In this document: one piece after another, positions 56,755-64,000 of the stretch
Numbering within the stretch: position 1 is the stretch's first letter
How the letters are laid out: each line of letters starts with the position of its first letter
IMG/VR virus record: IMGVR_UViG_3300022592_000003
Span: 1-64,000 of that record
Strand: one strand, 5' to 3'
Length of the DNA stretch: 64,000 bases
Origin: a virus
The notes under the pieces: model-generated
Told to the model about the DNA's origin: nothing
Database searches by the model: none
What the model saw: the letters and a program-made list of their open reading frames with translations, nothing else
Made by a program: the position numbers and the translations under genes

Positions 56755-58590
56755 TTAACGATTGCGCTTTTTGATAGCGCCTGTGACTACTGACTTGGCA
56801 AACGGTAGAAGATCACGAGCCGACTTGATTCGACCATAGATCTCAGCACCGTGACGCCATTCATTCTCATTAGATCCTCGACCTGCATACCATTCAGCCG
56901 TACTGTCATCCATGATCAATGTCATGGCTGTTAGCACGCCTCGCTTGGCAATACGTTCGATGATCTCATCGTTCTTGTTGGCGTCAAACGCACCGTCGGT
57001 GATGATGAACAGCATCTTGTTCTTCTTACGAGAGGACATAAGTAACTGTTCGGCAGCAAGCAATGTGGAATACGGATTGGTTCCACCATTGCCATAGATG
57101 AACTTATACCTGCTCTTATCAGCAAGCTCAGTACGGCCATACGCCAGCTCAGCCTGGTCATCGAATGCATAGACTGTGACTGGAGCACCGATCTGTTCTA
57201 GAGCACGCTTGATTGTCCAGCATGCGATAGAAGCATCACGGTCGTTACCACCACCGGACATAGAGCCTGATCTATCCACCATGATTACGGCTTCAACATC
57301 AGCACCATCATTGCCTTCGTCCCAACGATCGAATGCTTCATCAACTTCACAGCCTCTGATAGCACGCTGAACATTGAGCTTACCGCTGGCTTCCTCACGA
57401 TGCCACATAGGTTCACACTCGTCACGCAAACGTTGTAGTTCACGAGCAAACTTGCGATACAAGACCATGGATTCATCAGGGACGATAGTCTTATCGAACT
57501 TACCCTTCTTGATCGCATCATCATGTTTACCGTCTCCGCCAACGATTACCTTCTGCTTAGTCTTGATATCCTGCTGAACGTCTTTACGTTCTAGCACTGT
57601 CTGGATAGTGTCCTCAAGCATGTCTTTGACTGATTGTGGAATACCACCAAGACTATCTACATGGCCTTGGCCAGGAGTCATAGATGGTGGTAGGTTGCTC
57701 TGCTGATTTTGCTCTCTAATGTCTAGAGCTTCTTGAGCAGATTGTGGTTGCGTGGTTGTTTGTGTTGGATTGGATTTAGGAGCGACTGATGTTGACTCAG
57801 CCTTACCCATACCACCAGCACGCTTGGCATCCTTCTCCTGAGCCTTGCCAGGTTCGGGACGACCTTTGGTTACTGGGTCACGATTAGTACAGCCGTTAGG
57901 ACCTTGCGGCATGTTCGGCATGTCTAGATTACCTAGCACCTCATCATTGAAGCGCTTGATAAGTTCCTGACCCTTAGCATAGTCACGTGGGAATGCCAAC
58001 AGACGATACTGATCTACGATGTCTGCGATTACTGGCACGAGTTCAGGCTTAGCAAACATATCTCTGAATGCTTGCCTGATTTCAATTGGTAGATATCTAC
58101 GACCACGGACTAGCAAATAGTTTCCTGCTGCTTCCTCCGGTGTTGTTGATAGCCACCTAGATATTGTTGCTGTTAGATACGGCGCAATAGATGGATAACG
58201 AGCGACTAGCAAGGTTTCAATACGCTGATCCTCCAGCATATTGGCTGCTTGCATTAAGTCGTTCTCGACTACCCACTTCATGAACGTAGTACCACGACGT
58301 GGTGTATACAAGTGATGAGCAAGCTCATGATAATTAAGGCCGTTGACTTGAGTTAGTGTCTCAAGATCTATCTCCTTGATCTCATCGGCATTGAACGTAA
58401 TAGATTGTCCGTCTGACCATGCTGGCGCTGGACCACCTTGAACTACGTTAATCGTAACCGGATCTCCAGAGAGAACACGGTCAGCCTGCTCATACACACG
58501 GCAGAGAGCGTTGAGTCGTACAGATCGTTCCTGTGCTTCCTCGTCACGTTCCTGCCGATACCACGCATCATTCAGGTCTTCCTCAAACAT
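56755..58590 (-). CDS. VWA-domain protein with N-terminal HExxH domain (CobT-like)
   Basis: HELAH, N.LED.RIE; MIDAS DRSGSM, GGT, ITDG. Confidence 0.9.
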   Translation of the reverse strand: MFEEDLNDAWYRQERDEEAQERSVRLNALCRVYEQADRVLSGDPVTINVVQGGPAPAWSDGQSITFNADEIKEIDLETLTQVNGLNYHELAHHLYTPRRGTTFMKWVVENDLMQAANMLEDQRIETLLVARYPSIAPYLTATISRWLSTTPEEAAGNYLLVRGRRYLPIEIRQAFRDMFAKPELVPVIADIVDQYRLLAFPRDYAKGQELIKRFNDEVLGNLDMPNMPQGPNGCTNRDPVTKGRPEPGKAQEKDAKRAGGMGKAESTSVAPKSNPTQTTTQPQSAQEALDIREQNQQSNLPPSMTPGQGHVDSLGGIPQSVKDMLEDTIQTVLERKDVQQDIKTKQKVIVGGDGKHDDAIKKGKFDKTIVPDESMVLYRKFARELQRLRDECEPMWHREEASGKLNVQRAIRGCEVDEAFDRWDEGNDGADVEAVIMVDRSGSMSGGGNDRDASIACWTIKRALEQIGAPVTVYAFDDQAELAYGRTELADKSRYKFIYGNGGTNPYSTLLAAEQLLMSSRKKNKMLFIITDGAFDANKNDEIIERIAKRGVLTAMTLIMDDSTAEWYAGRGSNENEWRHGAEIYGRIKSARDLLPFAKSVVTGAIKKRNR

Positions 58591-58599
58591 TTACCCTCC

Positions 58600-60009
58600 T
58601 TATACTATGGCGGTGTGTTGGGTTACCCATTGTGCTAACTGCTCATCAATAGGTAGGTCTACTTGCTGCTCAACTTCGATCTGGATTTCCATACCGAAGT
58701 CAGTCTTGATGTTGTGCTCGTGTGTCTGGAATACCAGACGTACGGATGCTTGCTCGTCTGCTGAGAAGTGAGCAATGAAGTTCTCAACTGCAAAGTCATA
58801 GCCGAGATCCTCATCCTTGATGAACTCCTCGATCTCCATGAGCATGTTAGTTGAGATTGGGGTCTCATACTGACCCTTGGCTGCCTCGCCACGCAATTGC
58901 TTAACGAGTGATAGCAAGGACTTGGATGAGACTAGCTTTGCCTCGACATTGTCGTCGTAATCCCATGACAGTTGAATGTCAAAGCGGTTACGCATAGCAA
59001 AGTTGAGCGGTGTGGTACCGATATAGTCTGGGTTCATGGTCGCAAAGATTGTTAGATCCTTGTGGGCCACGATTGTTTCACCCATATGATCGAGCAGCGT
59101 AATGCTACGACGACCATCGGTGAGTGGATATAGGGTGGTATAGATCTTAGGACTGATGAAGTTCATCTCGTCCAGTAGTAGTACACCACCGTTGCGAACA
59201 ACGTCAGTTACTGGCCCGTCAATCCAGCCATAGCTGCCGTTGCCATCAGGAATAAAGCCACCGAATAGCTGGCGAGACTCCATAGATGCGTTACCAGATA
59301 CTGTTGCCATACGCAAGCCACGTGCTGCGGCCCACGCTTCAACAGCTGTAGTCTTACCGGGGCCGGTTGGGCCGTAGATAAGAACGTTGATGTGCTTATC
59401 ACGTGCTTTGTCGAAGATGTTGAAGTCTTCAACGTTGTACAGCTTACGATGTACATATCGTTCTGCCAAATGCTGTGGCGGAACTGTAGCTAGTGATACA
59501 GCAAATGTTGGAGACGCTGTCTGCTGTACAGGAGCGGCATCCTCGTTTGTTTGTGTTGGGACAGGAACTACTAGAGGAACTGTAGTGCTTGTCGCAGCAC
59601 GATTATCTGTTACGTATGCTTCCAATGAATCATCTCCGATGCTGATTTGTTCGTAGAAGTTACACACAACATCTACCAGAGGTGTTGTGTCTGTTGTTGG
59701 TTCAGCCTTGGAATGCTTGTCGCATGCCTTGGTGCCCAACACTGGGGAATATCCCTTGGAAGTCATGGCACGCTCATCCGCTGGCGTAACGTATACGCCA
59801 ACAGGAGTCCGTGTCAATATCTCACTATCCAAAATGCTACTAGTTAGACTGTCAAGAGTAGTTTCCTCCCACTTATTGTGAGGACCCTTAGTTCCATCGG
59901 TCAACCTAGAGTACACACGCACATTACCATCATGCGGTGTGATAAGAACTTGACGACGCTTGCCGTTCAAGCCCTCATCGTATGACTCAGTGAACATTGC
60001 TATGTCCAT
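58600..60009 (-). CDS. MoxR/CobS-like AAA+ ATPase
   Basis: GPTGPGKT, LLDEMN, ATMNP.Y.GT..LN.A..NRF. Confidence 0.92.
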   Translation of the reverse strand: MDIAMFTESYDEGLNGKRRQVLITPHDGNVRVYSRLTDGTKGPHNKWEETTLDSLTSSILDSEILTRTPVGVYVTPADERAMTSKGYSPVLGTKACDKHSKAEPTTDTTPLVDVVCNFYEQISIGDDSLEAYVTDNRAATSTTVPLVVPVPTQTNEDAAPVQQTASPTFAVSLATVPPQHLAERYVHRKLYNVEDFNIFDKARDKHINVLIYGPTGPGKTTAVEAWAAARGLRMATVSGNASMESRQLFGGFIPDGNGSYGWIDGPVTDVVRNGGVLLLDEMNFISPKIYTTLYPLTDGRRSITLLDHMGETIVAHKDLTIFATMNPDYIGTTPLNFAMRNRFDIQLSWDYDDNVEAKLVSSKSLLSLVKQLRGEAAKGQYETPISTNMLMEIEEFIKDEDLGYDFAVENFIAHFSADEQASVRLVFQTHEHNIKTDFGMEIQIEVEQQVDLPIDEQLAQWVTQHTAIV

Positions 60010-60035
60010 TTGTTACCCTTTCTCTCGGTTATTGC

Positions 60036-60275
60036 TTAGTTGTCAGGACCGAACAGTCGTTCGGCCATCACAGTTATGAAGGTGAAGCTTGCTTGCCTAG
60101 ATTGTGGCCACTCAGTAATCAATTCAAATAGAATATCTTTCTCAGAGGCACTATCTATTACTTTGCTGAATTGTCCTTGAGCAAACTCAATGAACTCTTC
60201 ACGTTCTTCTTCAGGAATCATGTCAAGAGTAAACTCTTGTGGTTCGATTCCCTCATCGTCACATTCGTGACACAT
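60036..60275 (-). CDS. acidic hypothetical protein
   Basis: AGAAAGGA RBS. Confidence 0.7.
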   Translation of the reverse strand: MCHECDDEGIEPQEFTLDMIPEEEREEFIEFAQGQFSKVIDSASEKDILFELITEWPQSRQASFTFITVMAERLFGPDN

Positions 60276-60293
60276 ATGCTTTCCTTTCTCTAG

Positions 60294-60457
60294 ATGTTTG
60301 GTTGGCTTACCTCTGGCGCCTTCAGGGACTTTTGGGTCTAGCTCAACGTCACCTCAACTGCCGCTACACACGATGGTATCTGTGTGCACTAGTCATTTTG
60401 GATCGGTCTCTTGCATCACCGCCGGTATGTCGGAAGTAGGCTTAGCCAACCAAACAT
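60294..60457 (-). ncRNA. candidate structured RNA
   Basis: Intergenic; perfect 14-bp closing stem (ATGTTTGGTTGGCT / AGCCAACCAAACAT) with internal hairpins. Confidence 0.6.
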
Positions 60458-60467
60458 AGCTGACAAC

Positions 60468-60764
60468 CTAGAGCTGCCAGCCGATCGAGACACTTACTGA
60501 ACCATCTACATCATAGTGATCTAGATTGATTCCACGTTGCCAGCGGTCAAGCATTACCTTTTTACCGCTTTCACGTGTGGATTCGTAGCAACCAAGATAT
60601 GACTCGTGGTAATGCTCGAAGCCTTTATGTCGGGTGTTATATATTTCCAAGTACTGTTGATGTGCTTGGATACGACGTCCGCAATTGCCGCAAGAGTTGA
60701 TTGCTGTTACCAGTTCATTCTCAGAGGCTGTCTGCGACGCCCTTAACTTAGCCTTTTCAGACAT
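60468..60764 (-). CDS. hypothetical protein (CGNC...H...C)
   Basis: AGAAAGGG RBS. Confidence 0.7.
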   Translation of the reverse strand: MSEKAKLRASQTASENELVTAINSCGNCGRRIQAHQQYLEIYNTRHKGFEHYHESYLGCYESTRESGKKVMLDRWQRGINLDHYDVDGSVSVSIGWQL

Positions 60765-60795
60765 AGTCACCCTTTCTCGGGTTTGTTTGTGTTGG

Positions 60796-61296
60796 TTAGT
60801 ATTTACCCTGGGCTTTTTCCATGACTACAACGTCAACAGAGTTTTGTGTACTGTTAACGAGGATGTCATGGAAAGCACCATGGTCCATCTGCTTACTTAA
60901 AGCACCGGCTACAGTACCTAAGTAATTTCCTGCACTGCCTGGCTTATTACGGAGAATAGCCCGTGTAGCCACTACAGTTTCACCCCATGCATATGCAAGA
61001 GGCGCTAGATATTCACTGTATGCCTTCACAGTGTTATCCATTCCATCAGGTGTGCCAGCGATAGCAGCAGAAAGAATCTCGAGGGTGCGAGATCTTTCTT
61101 CAGTATCTGCGTTTGACAACAGGAAGCTCATTACAGCATCCCTGAAGTTTGTAGATATCTCGCTCATCTGTACTAGATTGCGAGGAACTAAGCCACCTCT
61201 AAGGTACTGCGATGCAAGAGCAGGATCCGTTGTTTCACCTGACATGTATGCAGCGATAGAGATGTTAGGATCATAATTAACTTTGAGATCCAACAT
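60796..61296 (-). CDS. helical protein, possibly DUF4192-like
   Basis: FRDA...LA.LAYAWGE...A. Confidence 0.55.
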   Translation of the reverse strand: MLDLKVNYDPNISIAAYMSGETTDPALASQYLRGGLVPRNLVQMSEISTNFRDAVMSFLLSNADTEERSRTLEILSAAIAGTPDGMDNTVKAYSEYLAPLAYAWGETVVATRAILRNKPGSAGNYLGTVAGALSKQMDHGAFHDILVNSTQNSVDVVVMEKAQGKY

Positions 61297-62014
61297 ATGC
61301 GGCTACCATCCTTTCTAGTTCGTTCATTGGTTGTTTTACTATGTTGCCATTCTGTACTCTGATAGGCGAACCATCCCAAAGTACAGAAACCTTTTTATTC
61401 CCATAGTCACGCTTGCCAAGACCGTTACATGACCAACACATTTCTGTTAGTTTTGTTAGGTGACTGTCTGTTTGATTATGACTACATTCGAGTTGGTGAT
61501 ACTTTCTCCAATTATTTGAAGGCTGTGCGCCTGGATGATCAGGGCAAATAAATGTCCCATCCTCAGCAGTACTACCTACAAAACAAGTTGGTGGATTACA
61601 CCAGCCATCTATTTTGCCGATCTGCCTACACATACGGCAGCCTTGGGTCTTTGATGGGGTAAACGCAGCATCACGTTCGGTGATATAGAATTTGAAATTA
61701 CGGCGGTTAACTTGAATACCGGCATACTTCCAGATGGTATATCGCATGCTCTGACTATCTAAGCAATTGAATGATCCACCCCAATGGGTAGATACCTGAC
61801 CACCTTGTAAGGTCATAGTATCGTCAGGGTGAATTGTGATTAGTGGGTGCCTGTTAGTCCATTGATTGACTATCTGTATGTCGCTAGTCTTATTGAACTT
61901 GTTGGCATACTGAATGCGATTGCGTTGACCGTCATAGAGCGTACGCTCCCATTTCTTACGGCCATTAGCAAGATACGATTGCCATTCAGCATACGTATGA
62001 ACTCGCCAACTCAT
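61277..62014 (-). CDS. Cys-rich hypothetical protein
   Basis: CRMC..G, CWSCNG.G (DnaJ-like zinc pairs). Confidence 0.7.
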   Translation of the reverse strand: MSWRVHTYAEWQSYLANGRKKWERTLYDGQRNRIQYANKFNKTSDIQIVNQWTNRHPLITIHPDDTMTLQGGQVSTHWGGSFNCLDSQSMRYTIWKYAGIQVNRRNFKFYITERDAAFTPSKTQGCRMCRQIGKIDGWCNPPTCFVGSTAEDGTFICPDHPGAQPSNNWRKYHQLECSHNQTDSHLTKLTEMCWSCNGLGKRDYGNKKVSVLWDGSPIRVQNGNIVKQPMNELERMVAAYVGSQS

Positions 62015-62322
62015 TGCGCCTCCGCTGTCTCAAATAAACCTGCATAGCAGGCTACAGGAGCTGGATCCTCCATGTCAACATACTGGAGTTCGATAACACG
62101 CTCACGGTCACGCTCGAGTGTTTGTGTTGGCTCATTATCGAACCACACAGATGTGAGTGATATCACAGATGAATCAGGTTTGAGTAACTTGAGGGCAAAC
62201 CCCAAGCCATCCATCAAGCCACTGTGGTATGCACGACTATGCTGATGGTCATCCCAATGCAGGTCATCGTGCTCCTCAACTATCTGTTGCTCTATAGCCT
62301 TTACTATCTTCTTGCGCTTCAT
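62011..62322 (-). CDS. hypothetical protein
   Basis: ATGA-coupled. Confidence 0.65.
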   Translation of the reverse strand: MKRKKIVKAIEQQIVEEHDDLHWDDHQHSRAYHSGLMDGLGFALKLLKPDSSVISLTSVWFDNEPTQTLERDRERVIELQYVDMEDPAPVACYAGLFETAEAQ

Positions 62323-62591
62323 ACTAGTGACTTACCTAGTAGGGAAACAGACTGAGGGTTGTAAACCTTGCCTGTCTTCCAATGAGGTATTGATTTGTGA
62401 TCAGCACGACCACCGGCAGCCTTCCAAGCCTCACGCTTTTCGTGGCTCTTGAGAGTACGACCGTTGACATGTGTGAAGTTAGACTTCTCCATCTGTGCTG
62501 GTCCTGGGTTTTGCTTGCGAGCCTTACCGTTCTTACGGTCACCCGCTGTGTTTGCTTTCGGAGTTGATACTCCGCCTTTACCTTTTGCCAT
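62319..62591 (-). CDS. basic hypothetical protein
   Basis: GAAAGGGG RBS; Lys/Gly-rich. Confidence 0.7.
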   Translation of the reverse strand: MAKGKGGVSTPKANTAGDRKNGKARKQNPGPAQMEKSNFTHVNGRTLKSHEKREAWKAAGGRADHKSIPHWKTGKVYNPQSVSLLGKSLV

Positions 62592-62611
62592 TGTCTGGCC
62601 CCTTTCGGAGG

Positions 62612-62866
62612 TTAGTAGATTGTCTCTACACTGCTGTGTAGAGTTGTGATGCCATCCTCATCCCATAGGAATGAGGCTTCCTTGTAGGTCAGTCCCTTAT
62701 AGGCAACCGCATCTACAATGAATTCTAGTCGTGCGATAGAGCGTTCAAAGACTCCTTGAACAGTCTCATCAATCAGTAATATGCGTCCTTGCTTGAAGGC
62801 TTGTTCTTGTACCTCAGCAATAGTTAGCTTAGGTGAGAGGCGCATCTCAAGATATATATCGTCCAT
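62612..62866 (-). CDS. hypothetical protein
   Basis: TAATG-coupled. Confidence 0.65.
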   Translation of the reverse strand: MDDIYLEMRLSPKLTIAEVQEQAFKQGRILLIDETVQGVFERSIARLEFIVDAVAYKGLTYKEASFLWDEDGITTLHSSVETIY

Positions 62867-63132
62867 TATTTATGCCAATCTACTAGATAGGTTGTGCCCC
62901 ACTTATCATAGGGAATGTTGATGATGGTCCAAATCTTCCACCACCTATATCCTGCTCGTGATAGTTCAGTGCCGTTGTAATGGGCAAAGTCTTCATGATC
63001 TAATGCTCGCTCTATCGCAAAACTTGATAGATGATTGCAAGCATTGGCAAACCACCTGAGTGGCAAGATGTTGGTCTTGTGCTCTGGTGTGGTTGAATAC
63101 TCAAACCTACCGTGCAAGTCTTCCGGTTCCAT
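62866..63132 (-). CDS. hypothetical protein
   Basis: AGAAAGGAG RBS. Confidence 0.7.
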   Translation of the reverse strand: MEPEDLHGRFEYSTTPEHKTNILPLRWFANACNHLSSFAIERALDHEDFAHYNGTELSRAGYRWWKIWTIINIPYDKWGTTYLVDWHK

Positions 63133-63154
63133 AGTTACTCCTTTCTATTAGTAA

Positions 63155-63182
63155 TGAGCAGTTTATAGAGATGCTCAGCTCT
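63155..63182 (-). ncRNA. H-type pseudoknot copy A
   Basis: AGAG-CUGAGCAU-CUCU-AUAAAC-UGCUCA. Confidence 0.6.
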
Positions 63183-63229
63183 TGGCGAGGGAGGTTTTCT
63201 GACTACAAGTCATCCCGCACTCCGTGCCG

Positions 63230-63302
63230 TGCCCTCAGCCAGAATCGAACTGGCAACACTCACCTTAGGACGATGATGTTCTATCCATTGAACTATGAGG
63301 GC
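63230..63302 (-). tRNA. tRNA-Arg (anticodon CCU), CCA not encoded
   Basis: GCCCTCA acceptor stem; GTTC/GAAC D arm; TCATC-GTCCTAA-GGTGA anticodon arm; GCCAG-TTCGATT-CTGGC T arm. Confidence 0.93.
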
Positions 63303-63303
63303 G

Positions 63304-63334
63304 TAAGCAGTTTAGCCTTGTCATGCTTAGGACA
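63304..63334 (-). ncRNA. H-type pseudoknot copy B
   Basis: UGUC-CUAAGCAU-GACA-AGGCUAAAC-UGCUUA. Confidence 0.6.
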
Positions 63335-63423
63335 GGAGTTCTTTTACCTCAGGAAGAACTATAGAAACCAACCACATGTGGACTCTCGTCTCTTAGACCA
63401 CTTAATGTGTGTTATTAAATTGT

Positions 63424-63867
63424 TTAGCGGATGAACTGAGCCCAAGTAGATGTTGTTGTGATCTTGAACTCAGTATCTGTTGAGCCTTGGATGATTGCGA
63501 TAGCATTTTCTACCTGATCGTAATCACTCAATGGCTTGCTGTAGTTTCGAGTTTTATACTCAGGACTACGAGAACACTGTGGGTATTTACCCAAGGCTGC
63601 CTCTAGTTCTGTAGTATCAAAGTAGATACTGGCACGATAGCTATTCGCATAGCCTCCTATACCGATATCAAACTTTGTTGCCTTAGCGATGTTCTTCTTG
63701 ACCCATGCTTCGGCCTTCTTTTCCCAAGCGGCACGACGCTTTTCAATGGTGGCAGAGTCTTTTTCCCACTCTGTTATCTCATCGTCCATACGCTTGATTG
63801 TTGCTTTTAACTTGGCGACTAGATCTTTCTTAGCCCAAGTTGTTGCGATTACCTTGGTTGAGGTCAT
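63424..63867 (-). CDS. hypothetical coiled-coil protein
   Basis: AAAGGAGG RBS before ATG 63867. Confidence 0.75.
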   Translation of the reverse strand: MTSTKVIATTWAKKDLVAKLKATIKRMDDEITEWEKDSATIEKRRAAWEKKAEAWVKKNIAKATKFDIGIGGYANSYRASIYFDTTELEAALGKYPQCSRSPEYKTRNYSKPLSDYDQVENAIAIIQGSTDTEFKITTTSTWAQFIR

Positions 63868-63933
63868 GGTAATAGCCCTCCTTTGTTGTACGTGGTCCCC
63901 ACCACGGCTGTGGCGGGGCGTGTTTGTGTTGGT

Positions 63934-63964
63934 GCATGTTTTATAGACCACATGCTCTGCGTCT
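63934..63964 (-). ncRNA. H-type pseudoknot copy C (divergent)
   Basis: AGAC-GCAGAGCAUGUG-GUCU-AUAAA-ACAUGC. Confidence 0.45.
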
Positions 63965-64000
63965 TCATGTGCATACCATCTCTATACAGTCAGAACTAAG

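Larger units (their letters stand above)
53807..63932. repeat. dispersed 12-mer CCAACACAAACA, 8 exact copies
   Basis: Plus strand at 53807; minus strand at 55041, 56743, 57757, 59548, 60784, 62119, 63921 (left coordinates). Confidence 0.9.

Noticed and set aside
63183-63229. Theta/HDV-like ribozyme 3' of the tRNA (contains CCUCCCUCGC)
   Set aside because: I could not build the P1/P2 nested double pseudoknot; a covariance-model search would be decisive
63304-63340. Twister ribozyme (GUCCUAAGC resembles its L4 loop)
   Set aside because: The flanking P4 pairing is absent; the pseudoknot model shared with copy A fits better
53807-63932. The 12-mer repeat as a CRISPR array
   Set aside because: Too short, irregularly spaced 1-2 kb apart, and partly inside CDSs
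1-64000. Stop-codon reassignment
   Set aside because: Core genes are full length in the standard code, all three stops are used, and the tRNA is not a suppressor

Overview
This is a 64-kb segment of a large tailed dsDNA phage with a contractile tail (myovirus). The host is probably an actinobacterium, possibly a low-GC freshwater lineage: there are two WhiB genes, SD sequences such as AGAAAGG(AG) that match the actinobacterial 16S 3' end, and GC looks to be in the mid-40s% by eye. Layout: (1) 1-19.5 kb (+), neck, tail sheath/tube, chaperone, tape measure with M23 peptidase, baseplate and fibre genes; (2) 19.5-38.1 kb (+), replication and recombination (DnaC-like loader, DnaB, primase, SNF2 helicase, SSB-like, PolA, RecA, two resolvase-like nucleases, Cas4-like exonuclease, dNMP kinase, SpoVS, metallophosphoesterase); (3) 38.1-41.7 kb (-), inverted cassette of CHAP endolysin, two membrane proteins and a PA14/FN3 surface protein; (4) 41.8-53.8 kb (+), holin-like genes, HNH, many small basic or disordered ORFs, a nucleotidyltransferase / degenerate HAD / TGT-fold trio, class II RNR and NrdH; (5) 53.9-64 kb (-), an early-type region with HicA-like, DenV-like, VWA plus MoxR AAA+ genes and tRNA-Arg(CCU). 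The most notable features missing from the ORF track are: a transcription-polarised 12-mer (CCAACACAAACA, 8 copies), a ~165-nt structured intergenic RNA whose closing stem is a variant of that 12-mer, three covarying H-type pseudoknots around the tRNA, two candidate +1 frameshifts, three tandem paralogues sharing an N-terminal motif, and several unlisted micro-ORFs. All functional calls come from recognising motifs by eye; no database search was run.
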